63,682 nt of DNA from Catajapyx aquilonaris (Eukaryota). This document shows, in pieces, positions 24,208-35,902 of the stretch (the stretch's first letter is position 1; each line of letters starts with the position of its first letter). The stretch is taken from positions 1-63,682 of the forward strand of contig KZ538533.1 in assembly GCA_000934665.2 (NCBI GenBank). The letters run 5' to 3'. A program made the translations under genes and the position numbers. The notes below the pieces were generated by a model. That model had not been told where the DNA came from. It ran no database searches and worked only from the letters and a program-made list of their open reading frames with translations.

Positions 24208-25461
24208 TAACAAGAATAGTCAACCACAGTATGTAGGAATTTCCAGGTGTTGATTTCACAACAATATCACTCTGGCCGTGTTAAAACTAATCTAGATTAA
24301 CCTAGCAAAATAGGCGATGGAGGTTATGACAGTTATAAAAAAATAAATAAGAATGAGATTGCAAATCAAGATGATCGACAGATATTTAAAACAAAATAAT
24401 GAAGGAAATATGCAAATACCTGGAAATGTTGATAATCATCACTGGTAAAAAAAATGCCTTTATTGGAGTTTTTTTTCTTATCAGTTCTAATTCACATCCT
24501 ACATTTTTTTTTTACTTTTAAAAATAAGGCTGCAGTTTGCTGTGATTATTATTGTTTTTTTTTAAAAAAAATCCAAATTTGATCTACACCTGTTGGGAAG
24601 CATCCAATAAATAGGAAGACCTGAGTAGTTTTAAGGAATAACTGTTTCTGAACTGTCGTAGCTGTTTATGTCAGAAGGCGGAAAGGAGGCATTATCTTTA
24701 GAAACGAGCGTCGGGGTTTTTATCAGGAGAGCAAGCAGACGGGGGTTAAAGGTCAAGATTTGAGGTCACCTTCGCTTGCTTCCCATCTAGCAAAACTTTA
24801 GGGTAGAAAAAGCCTCGGTCCATAACTTCAGTGCGATTGCCCATTTTTATGCGCTTATTTCATCACAATATCAGACAATTGATAGTACAATCATAATTGC
24901 TTAATGGTTATGTGTGAATAATCTAATCAGGCAAATCTATTATACATTTTTTTTTCATTGGACATTACATGTTATTGCTCCAAGTTATGATCAAAAAATA
25001 CCTGCAAATATCTGCACTTTTTTGATTGTTGCACCAATCAATCCTCGAGTTAACGTCAATAGGAAAAACTTTGTCCTCGCCTTATGTGGCAAGAAATGGA
25101 AAGGAGGTTGTGGGTTGGGGTCAAGGATGGAGGGACCGGCGATAGGCCGCCTATCAAGAAGCGACGCAAATTGTCATTTAGTTCTAACACCATCCAAAAA
25201 CCTCATTTCCGCCTGAGGATCCTATTAATGGGTCCATAGTTTGAAATGCAAAATGAAAAGAATTGCCATTTATAGGATCCATAAGTGACAGTACCCATGT
25301 TTGGTGATACACATTAATATCACAGCAGAAAACCCCAAGTTGAGCAGCCATCATGGTACGAACAGTATAAAGATGTAGAAACTGGTAGAGTAAAAAATAC
25401 GTGAGGATTCTCCATTTCGTTTGACTCAGTAGTGTAGTCATATGACTACGAAATGAACCCT

Positions 25462-25626
25462 TGGACATTAATCGCGTCGTACTGCTAGCGACATTTTCAG
25501 TTGCGGCAGAAGCGTGTGACCCGTGCGAGTAAGAAATGGTAGCCCTTGGGTGACGTCACTCGCACGGCTTCGATTTGAACTTCTGCCGCAACAGAAAATG
25601 TCGCTAGTAGTATAACACTATGTCCA
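25462..25626. mobile_element. MITE family B copy (TGGACAT...ATGTCCA ends), internally deleted
   Basis: Inverted arms TACTGCTAGCGACATTTTC(A)GTTGCGGCAGAAG / CTTCTGCCGCAAC(A)GAAAATGTCGCTAGTAGTA. Homologous to 40648-40735 and 45575-45849. Confidence 0.8.
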
Positions 25627-25903
25627 CTCTAGGAAGTTAGAAGCAATGGCATACATAGGTTCATTACGTTTACACAATCATCCGCACTGGCAAGACATGT
25701 CTTTGGTCAATGTGCGGCAAGGTGCACATGTCATCGGTCACAACATGGACACCGCAAATGGTTTATAATACTTGATGCGGCTGTCCTGCGAAAAGTTCCA
25801 CCTGAGCAGGTCTGAAGAACCTGGTCCGGTTTGTACTACTCGATAGCAAAAAGCCTTGCCAGTGCGGTCACTACCTATAGGTGACCTGACCTCCATCTGG
25901 AGA

Positions 25904-28900
25904 TTAGGAGCAACCGCACTCCCTGACGATGACGTTCTTCCATTGCGTCACCTTCATCTTGGTGGGCTCATTGTTGTCTGCGTACAGGATGTCCAGGTTA
26001 CCCAACTTTGTTGGAGCACAGCATGGCCTGGGTACCTTCTTCCTATCACGCATATGAAGCATCCCTTGCAGAAGGGCATGGTCATGAGCTGGGAGGAACC
26101 TGGACGGACACCGTCCTCGACAGAAGAATGCATCGAATTCGGAGGGTTGAAGGATGAACCCGAATCCTTCTAGGTCCTTCAGCACCACCTTCATCGACCT
26201 GAGATGAAGGAATCCATTGTTAGTCGCGGTGTGAAGAAACCTGAAGGATGCACAATGGAACTCATTGACCTCTGAGGACGTCACAACGTACCCCAGAATG
26301 ACCTACCTGCGACAGCATCGTCGGTTTCCTTTCCCGCCTTGTCGTCCACAGTCGGTTCTGCCAGGAGGTGGTTCCCTGTCGGACGACGTAGGCCATGCTG
26401 ACCGTCGTACCCGTCCGGATCCACTAGGGGCCAACCGCTGCTCCTTGACCATCACATTCAACACTGGCGCATTGTCACCCTCACTGTCCACACTCACTCT
26501 CACTTCGTCCGGAGTCTCCACCACTAGAGACATCCGTCGGTTACGTCGACGAGACCGTAGCCACTGTTCTAACGCGCGGCTGACGTCGACGTGTACCCAC
26601 TCTCCCGACGGCCACGTGGACGCGTCACGGGCGTCCAGGAGCAACAACCGGGAATAGTCATCGTCCTCCGCGTCCTCACCACCGTCCGCACTGGACACCT
26701 CTAGTCTCTGGTACACGCGCACTGTGGCGTCCGACGACGCTGATGTGTCCTCGTCCGACTGATGACGGTGCAGGCGGAGGGTGGCGTACCCTGGACGGAA
26801 CCGGACATGAGGAGAATCCATCTCGCCCATATCTATGGAAAAGTTGAGCCGCCATATTTGGGAGTCCAAACCGCCTGCTGTCGACCGTCGTTGTCGTCGG
26901 CCTGTCGTCTCTGAACCTAAACAAAGACAGAACATGGTTTATTTGTCTAGAACACATATGTTCACTATTACCCAGGTCGGCCCGACGTCGGCAAATGACA
27001 CCGGGCCAATGTTGGGGAGCGATGTCGGGCCAATGTAAAACAGTTAACTTTTTGTCACATCGGGCCGACGTTGGCATCCGATGTTGGGCCGATGTTGGCA
27101 TACAGTGCTGACCCGATCTATATAATATGTGTGGCACATACACTTATTTTTGTGCAATTATGCGATAGACAAGATATTGACCCCCAGATGTATATATCAT
27201 AATTACGTCATTTCTGAGTTTACTCTACCTTGACTTGGGTTCAAAATTTGCGTCCAGGATATAGCTCATAAATTATATTTTTATTTGCAAAAAAAAAAGA
27301 GTTACGCATGCCATTCCCATGAATCTTCGTCCCTGACGCAAAGGTCGTGGATACGTGTTGCTAATTGTCATTTGGCCGCTTGTTTTTTTTTTACCGGATC
27401 TTACCATTTTTTTTTTACAAGCCCTATGATTTGGGAAACTTTTTCGAGGATCACAAAAAAACTAAAGGTATATCTAACCGTTCTCAGATCGTAATACTAG
27501 AGTAGTTAAAAAGAACAGCAGAGCGTGTTACGGTAATTTATTCCCGGAAACCCTTGGCTCTGAAAGTCCTTTAACTTATCGCCCTCATTCCTTATACAAT
27601 CGTTGTCTTACGTTGAAGATGGTGGGGGGAAAACCCAGAAGATCTAGATTGCAAAAGGGGAAAATACCCTTTAGTGGAATTTCGCAGCTGAACTGTAACT
27701 CACATTATGACGGCAGTAATTACCGTTACAATTTCGACAATGCGATTATTACAAGTAAATGTGCTTGTAAACAATTGTGCCAATGTAGGTGGTTTCCCTA
27801 CAAGTTCTTGCAATATATATTTGTTTTACCCCGTGATAGGCCTACATAGGCCATGTTGGGGGGTGGTATACCACCATCAATTTTCTTGTATTTTTCTTTC
27901 CTCCAGTGCAGTGCAAGGACAGGATACACTCTTAACCATTTACCTTCTCTAGAGAGGGTAAANNNNNNNNNNNNNNNNNNNNNNNNNNNNNNNNNNNNNN
28001 NNNNNNNNNNNNNNNNNNNNNNNNNNNNNNNNNNNNNNNNNNNNNNNNNNNNNNNNNNNNNNNNNNNNNNNNNNNNNNNNNNNNNNNNNNNNNNNNNNNN
28101 NNGGGGGGGGGGGGGGGCACTGGTGGAGGTGCAATGTCTCAAGTTGGGGGTCATGTGTAGTCCCTCATCTCCCTAGATGCGGGTCAGAAACCCCCCACAG
28201 ACACCGCACCTCCTCATGGACGAGACAATACGGTCCGTACTACGGTTCCTGATAAGATCCGGTTATAAGAGACATATACAAAAAATAATGTGATTCTCCT
28301 AATTATCTCCCTGCTACCTTCCCCACCCCTTGCAAACAGTTTGTTAATACAAGTCTATGAAGTCTTGGCCTTGTAAGGTGAGCTGAAAGCTGAAGGTAAA
28401 TAAATAAACCAACGGTGCGGAAAGAACTTTTCGCCCCCATCTTGCCAACCAAATTAGCAGCTACGTCACACATTCAGGTTTCCAACACCACACAAACAAG
28501 CAGGGGAGGTTGGGCAATAACTGCAGACACCCCAAAGTGTTTACGGGGTAGGAAGTATGTGACCTCTTCCTTTTTTCTTTAAAGGCCACGTGCCCGAAAT
28601 GGCTGGCTGTGGGCCAATCAGATAGAGGACCAATCAGGAAAATGTACCTGAGGACATGCGCGTCGGATCCGGATACCACGTGGTCCAAAATGGCGGATGA
28701 TTTCGTAAAAATTGACCGGAGAGGTCAGGGTCATTTATAGCATACCGGATCCACAGTCTCAATCGTATATTAATCGTTACTTAAGAGGGTTGACCTCTCG
28801 GATAATTGGTTAATTGGTACGATAGAGGTTCACTCTTGTTAACCTCTGTCATAACAGTTGCAAATGGGTGACTGGGACGTGTAACAGCTAGTATCTATAA

Positions 28901-31900
28901 TAATTAACACATTTAATTCGCATGAAAATTTGCTTAAAATTATTTTCGACCGTGTCATTGATAATTATTTTCAGATGGTGTCTCACCCTATAGAATCATA
29001 AATTAAACTCGATTTTTTTTTCTATCCAGGTATATCCTGCTGGCAACGCACAATTTCCTCCAACACATTCATCCCGCAAATTGAGTCATTGCATATTTAT
29101 ACCACAGCACACCCGTAATATGACATTTGGAAACGTAAGCGACCTCCTTGAGCCCATTCCGATTCTCCCATCTGGGACAGAATGAATGGAGGCGTTGAAA
29201 AGTGAAAAAAGAACTAGAGTAGAAATGGGACCAAGTCCAACACATTCCTCTTCCTTCATTGAACCCACGCTTCTTCCTAAACAAAAATGGCGCCCTAGAT
29301 AAACTCTTCTTTGAAGAATTTTTTTTTTTGAACAGTCTTTCTTCCGTCACGAACATTTTTTGACCTATTGTTCTTCCAGTTCGTCTCCGTGACTCACGAG
29401 TTTAGGTAAGAATGAGGAAGAACAATATGCTACTTTTTACCCTACAATTTTTGGGGGGTTTTAGTTCACCTTTGGTTCAGTCGTGTGCCCTTTTCATTGG
29501 AAAGTTATATCCTGGGTACCCTCACAACCCGCATAACCAGGGTGGCATAGTGCACAGGATGCAATGGAAACAATTTATCGGTTACTCTATCCTGGTCTTG
29601 AAGCAACCCCACAGGCCCCACGGTGAGGAATGTATTAAGTGGTCGAAACTAATTGAGAGCAATACACTCTTAACCATTTACCTTCTCTAGAGAGGGTAAG
29701 AAAGAGGCCCTTTTTTACCCTCTATTTTCTAAGGTAATACATGCAAAATTTACCTTAGAATCAATTTACCCAAGAATATTTACCCTACAATGTAAGGTAA
29801 AAAATGGCCACTTTCTTACCCTCTCTAGAGAAGGTAAATGGTTAAGAGTGTAGTACATAGTGTAACATAAGTATGGCATAGCCAGAAATGAGATCTCAAA
29901 CTTCTAAAGGGGGAGGAGGGATTGTAAACACACATGGCGTATGATCACAATATTTTGTGTTTCACGTGAGCTCCATTATGCAAATGCTAATTGGCATGTC
30001 TGCACCTTTCGAGTATGTGGTTACAGGAAGATCCGGATCACGCGACTCCTTGCTATTGGGCACCATACATTTCCTTCTAATTTACTGTGTGAGAATTGGC
30101 CAAATTCATTTTTAACTATATTATTTATTTTATGTACTTTAGGTATACTGTATTTTTTTAAATATAAAAGTGAAAATTCACACCATGTATGCGATGGCGT
30201 CATTGCGTTTTGAGTTATGATCGACATCGCGTCAGGGATTCAAAAATACGTGGTATGCAATCCTACACATATTTGCTACAAAAAATAACAAAAATGGAGG
30301 ACGGGAAATCCGCGTCAGGCATTTTGCAGCATCCATGATTCAATTAGCCCCCACCTTAAGCCGGGGGTTTTCCACTTTCTTGAGGGGGGCACATGAGAAT
30401 AGCAATGACCAAGGATAATAGCTCTATCTATATACATTAGAGGGTACAGTACACTCTGGCGCAATAAAATATGCTGCGGGTCACCGATCAGTACAAAAAA
30501 GTGATTTGGTGGTTACACATGTGTAACAGCAGCTGCACTATCCAAGGTGACGTCATATGGTGAAAAGTGTTAACACGGGAGCTGCCTTCTCACTGGTGTG
30601 GAACATAAAGGGGCCAGGTGCTAATTGGCGCCGCCTTCCAGGTGACTACCTTATTTTTTTATCCCCCAAATATATTTTTTTGTGGCCCACCAAATAATTT
30701 TCTAAAATCGGCCCGGTATGTTAGAAAACAAGGGCGAAGTCTGCCGTCAACAACCTTGGACGCTAGAAGCAAGGGTCAGAGGTCACAACCACAGGGCGCA
30801 GCTTCCTCTCCATATTTATCTCACAAGGCATAAAACCTATCTGCACGAGCAACTAGAAAAAAAAAATAGCCGCCATGTTGTACACATCAGCAAAATAATT
30901 TTACAGAGTTTAATCATGTAGTTAAATAGAGGGTGAATAGCCTTAAATTAATTGTTGGTGAAAAACAAGTGTTTTCTTAGAATTGGGTCTAAAGCCATTG
31001 GCACCTGTAGACTAATCAGGCTTCAAGGTAGAAGTTTGTTGACATGAGCAAGCAATCACTGCTTACGTGTACTTAGAGGTGACGTCAGGTCCATCCTCAC
31101 CTCAATTACTCACCAACGTCTCATCACCTGTATTTTTAAGCTCTGATTGATCTGGTTTTTTTTCGGAGGGTAAACGATTCCATTTTCGCACTTAGGTCAC
31201 CTTGCTGTGTTATCATCCAATTGACGTTGTGCAATTTTTTGACAACAAATGTTTACAACAAGTTTCATTAGGGTGAGTAGCAGGTGGGCTCTTTTTAATT
31301 GGTTAGTTAGTGCAGCTGCTTGATTTTGGGTAAAAAGAAAGCGTTTGAACCTGAATTCGTTTATTGCCTGTAATTGCCATGAAATCTTGGTTCCGTTACG
31401 GGACGATGAACAAGAGGCCGATTTCAAGATAGGTTTGTAAGGCCAGATTTGTCAGCGGCATCGACACCTTAGTGTTTGTGTAACGGAGCCTAATCTCGTA
31501 TGTAAAACAGGAGTCGAAGAAGGTGAGAGAATTTCTTATATGATTTCTATTATGATTTTAACACCTAAGGTATAAAGAAGTCGATTCACGTTCGCCGCTT
31601 TTGAAGTTACAAACGAAGTTTATTTGCTTAGGCACCAACCCTTACCAAAATGGTGGGTATATATAAACGAGTTAGGTTTTTTTTTTCTCTCTTCGAACTT
31701 TCTTGGTGGGTTCCTACTGGGAGGGTCTCATCTTCCTCAAGGATTTCATTTGTCACCTACACGCTAATCACGTTCCAAAATGATTTATGTTATCCTTGAT
31801 ATGTATGCGGTCCAAGTCTGGCGAAAGTTTGCATTTTTTTGTCATCGTTAATGGTGTAGTGTGCCAACCCTGCTGTCAATATCTCCTTGAAGTACACTGC

Positions 31901-34859
31901 AACAATCGGAGATGGCATTGTTGCTTTCATTGCATATGGACCACTCCACACTTATAAAATAAACTTTGTCAGATTACAAATTTAACGATAGATTTTACAT
32001 CCCTATAGGTCCAGGCTCAATCTGTCCACAAATCATTCCTAACTTAACTCTTGGAACGGGCCTAGAAATATTTTTACAGTCTCTGTCCTAAATTGCTACT
32101 TGCCTGCGCCCCCCTTGTATAAGGATAAATTGCATCGGGCTAAAGGTGCGCCGAGGGTTAATAGCTGGCATTTTTTTTCCACGTCGGCTTTGTTGCCCAC
32201 GGCATTATTTCTCACGTCTGCCAGACAGATGCTAAACGGGTCAAATTTTTCCTAACGGCAATATGCTGATCAGCAAATACCAACCTTGATGCACGAAGGA
32301 ATAGAACCGGTGTATATGCCTGGCATCGTCATCAGCGTCGTCGGCATCTCGAGCACGTCGTCGTGATTCCTCAACACTCTGACGGTACACTCGAAGTCCT
32401 CTTTCCATCTCCTCAGCACTTATGTTCATCTAAAGAATGAGAAAAAAAAAACAGAAGACAAATGATCAGACACGTTTTCTAGGAACAAGAGGAATGACAC
32501 TACCAACTAAGATTTACCTATTTGTTTAAAAAAAATGTCACGTGATATATTGCAAGGTCAACCTGGGGAAAAATCCGTGACACTATCTTCAAGCCGGATT
32601 TTCAACAATTTGACAAAAAAATGTCCAATTGTCATTCTGATCTCTCAGAAGGCCAAGGAGAACAGCGTAACGGGACGAAGATTATGTCATGTGATTCAAC
32701 CGGACATATGGGGAAAGCCCTTTGGTATGACCTTGTCACCTGTCACAGGGAGGCGCTGTTGAAATATTAGATTGTCACGTGTCATACCAAGCCACACCTC
32801 CCACAACCTTGCAGAGGATTCAAAAATCAGGCGCGCAAACGTCCAGAACCAATCAGTAATTTCCGGGAAGGAATTGGACGAATGGCTAAGTAGGATTGGA
32901 ATGTAGCGAAAACATACATCCGCCTTTCAAATAATCCTATTTACCTACTTTTTCTTTAACTTCTTTTTTTCAGCCATAAACCTCTTAAGGATTTTTACAA
33001 TCCTGCAAAATACCTGTGTTAGTTAATGAGGTTAATAATGAGACCATTTGAAGGACAACAAATACAGGGCAACATAAAAAAAACCAGGGGGCCCTCTCTT
33101 TTGTTCATGTCATCGTGTTTTTGAGCGGTTCCTTTGTGAGGTCGGGCCTCTTTTTGTACAGGTAAAAGGGATTGAAAGTAAAACAATGGCGAAGGTTAAA
33201 ATAGGAAAGTTTCCGATTTTTGTACCTCCAAGATTAACTTAGCAAGTATTTGTACGATATTTTTACCTAATATTAGCCTAGTGCATGATTCTAATATTTG
33301 AAACCTCCAATTGCCTATTACAACACTGCAATTTCACTATTTCAGCCTTTTATTGATATATCGATAATGTATCGATATAGTTCGTTACAACCGACAGTTT
33401 CCTGGTTTTCACTTTCTAGTAAATCTATGTAACATTTTGTAGACGACTCTACATATATGAACTAGATCAGAGATCAAGGAGGCAAATCGGTTGACTTTGA
33501 GTCACCCATTTTCTCCGATTAGATTAACTATGGGCGGTTAGAACAGTGGAGGATAAATCAGCTGGACCAGCCTTCAAATGTCCTTCCTAAGGGAATGACC
33601 ACACCCGATTTNGGGGGGGGGGGGGGGGGGTAAACATCAGCATTCCAGAGATGACACGAAGTAAAGTGTTAGAAACAGGTACAAGGGGCCGGGCACGCGT
33701 TGACTGGTACACTTGGGTAAAACCGGACACCGTCTTACCAATCGGCAGCCTCTTATTGCATACCTTCCAGGGAAAACAGGTTTTTTAAAAAAAAAAAAAA
33801 TTGAATATTTTTTTTTTGTGGAAGTCTGGTTGTTGTATTAACCTGTGTGCACCTGGGTGCGTGGGAGGAGGATCACCTGGCAGGATGGTATGTCTATCGA
33901 TTACATGGTATTTAATTAGGAGGGGGTAATCAATGGATTTTGTTAATAGGGCACCGTTGCAAAATTGCAATTTTGTAAGAAATTTTTTGCAAACAAAATT
34001 ATCATTTGACTAATACACCTGAGCGTAACACCTACATTACAAAGACGGATCTCCTTCCTCAGCATCACAAATCCAAACGGGAAAATCCCAGCATCCACCT
34101 CTTTTTATACCACCTAGGGAAGGCCAAAAATCCGGGGGAATCCTTTTAAATTTTTTTTTATTCAAATTTACCTACGATTTTTCATGCTCTCGCAATCAAT
34201 GACGTCACTTTCATCTTGTCCGCTAATTCATGGTATGGTAAGCAGTTTAGGTGCCAAAATTCCTGACACGTCATATGTTTGCGTTGGTAAATATCAAGGA
34301 AGTAATAAACGCCGGAAGTTACACTTTTGGATACCACCAAATGAATGTGTGTATACATCTGCTAGGGTATGTGTGGTCAATTGTCATACACTCTTAACCA
34401 TTTACCTTCTCTAGAGAGGGTAAGAAAGTGGCCATTTTTTTACCTTACATTGTAGGGTAAATATTCTTGGGTAAATTGATTCTAAGGTAAATTTTGCATA
34501 TTACCTTAGAAAATAGAGGGTAAAAAAGAATGGCCACTTTCTTACCCTCTGTAAAGAAGGTAAATGGTTAAGAGTGTACTAAGGACCATTTGGGTTGAAA
34601 TTCAAGTCAGCACGTGGGTACCCACCTTGGAGATATCCGGAGGTCTTTCAAGTCCTAATCCGTCTAATAGCAGCTTCCGGATCCGGTCCAGTTCGGCTAC
34701 CCGGAATGCTTCTTCGTCCACCAGTTCGCCCAGGTCGCTCTCCTCCTCCGGTACCGACCCGTATGGATACGGATGCGAAGACACAAGACAACTCGCGAGT
34801 AAGATGATGAGGAGGAGGAGAGGCGACGCTGCCACTGACCTCCTCCCAACTGTGGCCAT
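25904..34859 (-). CDS. mav: TGF-beta superfamily ligand, maverick-type
   Basis: Exons on the minus strand: 34626-34859 (signal peptide LLLLIILLASCLVSS; IRKLLLDGLGLERPPD prodomain helix), 32285-32429, 26307-26916 (furin site RVRR), 25904-26198. The mature 9-Cys domain C...RCCRR...GFGFILQPSEFDAFFCRGRCPSRFLPAHDHALLQGML...VPRPCCAPTKL...ECGCS* matches the recalled Maverick signature (GFEFILQP..FDA..C.GRCP....PAH.HALLQ). Confidence 0.9.
26969..27120. repeat. Subrepeat array of (TC)GGGCCGATGTTGGC-like units, probable MITE fragment, in mav intron 2
   Basis: About six degenerate GGCCCGACGT/GGGCCAATGT/GGGCCGATGT units following TACCCAG. Confidence 0.5.
27927..27962. mobile_element. MITE family A, left end (remainder lost in the N gap)
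   Basis: TA|CACTCTTAACCATTTACCTTCTCTAGAGAGGGTAA is identical to the TIR of the 29665 and 34389 copies. Confidence 0.8.
27963..28101. other. Assembly gap (N run)
   Basis: Run of N followed by poly-G. Smaller gaps at 37306-37319, 21593 and 33612. Confidence 0.99.
29665..29850. mobile_element. MITE family A, 186 bp, TA target duplication (Tc1/mariner-type)
   Basis: TIR CACTCTTAACCATTTACCTTCTCTAGAGAGGGTAAGAAAG / CTTTCTTACCCTCTCTAGAGAAGGTAAATGGTTAAGAGTG, flanked by TA. Confidence 0.9.
34389..34576. mobile_element. MITE family A, near-identical copy in opposite orientation
   Basis: Same TIRs and TA flanks. The interior is the reverse complement of the 29665 copy. It lies ~50 bp from the mav exon 1 donor. 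Confidence 0.9.
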
Positions 34860-35762
34860 CAAGGTGTTGGGAGGTCAGAGGTCGGTTATTTGGGTTTGGG
34901 TCACAGGGGAGCACTGACACTATCCGGAGTCACCGGAGTCCAGTCGGCAACAGTGGCCATAGATGTTCCCGTGGGCACGGCCCGACCAGCTCTGGCCCGT
35001 TGCCACCCACCGCACCACCTTTTATTCTGTGGGGCGGAGGGGCAACCGGGGGGTGGGGGCTGGAGGGGTGCTCACTGATGGGGGCATACACACACGTGAT
35101 ACCGGAATATTATACAGGTGTATTGCCGGAAGTTGTCAGGACCTATGGTGGGAGTCAGGGGGAAAGCCCCTGCGGATTTATTCAGGATTACGTTATGTGG
35201 AGTAATGTGGATTTATTGGTTTTTGTGTGGGATTGGGAGTGAATGTCCTTGGTATTCTTGGTGGTGCAATTGTCCGGATTTTTTTTTCTTCAGAGGGTCT
35301 AACTTACCTATTGATAATGGGCGCTAATTATACATGAGGAATTGACAGGGATGACATGGCGAATTCCTTCACATTGATATCATCAATAGGGTGATTTTTA
35401 AAAAAAAATTAATGCTATGGTAGCGATGATGTACATCAACATCATGATAAAGTGTGTCTCGTGATGACTGGTTGCGTATCAAGTAAATAACGCGTGCTGC
35501 AACTTTTGCATTCGTGCAGTTTACATAAGCGTGGCTTGTACTTAACAATTTTCATTGGTACAACAGTAACACGAATAAAGCATGGCTGTACTCTCAAAAT
35601 TACAGGTGTTACAATTGTTGCAATCAAAATTCCACAACAGCTTGTCAACATTTCGCACATATTTCCTGAGTTTACGTTTACGTTATAGATACCCACATAA
35701 TCTATTGTTGCGCCATAGTTTATCATACTCTACGAAATTTTTTAAAACTATTTATCCACACA

Positions 35763-35902
35763 CTGCAATAATTTTTGGTCATTGTTTAAGTTACAAAAAT
35801 TTGTAGCTGTTTCAGCTACAAATTTTGTATCTGTTTCAGTTACAAAAAATTTGTAGCTGTTTCAGCTACAAATGTAGCTGAAACAATGACCAAAAATTGC
35901 AG
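35763..35902. mobile_element. Small TIR element with internal palindromic tandem units
   Basis: Ends CTGCAAT..TTTTTGGTCATTGTTT / AAACAATGACCAAAAATTGCAG. The interior repeats TTTGTAGCTGTTTCAGCTACAAA. Confidence 0.7.

Noticed and set aside
24024..24236. Poly-Asn ORF
   Set aside because: Translation of the (AAT)n microsatellite.
27798..28176. ORFs containing X runs
   Set aside because: Open only because they span the N gap.
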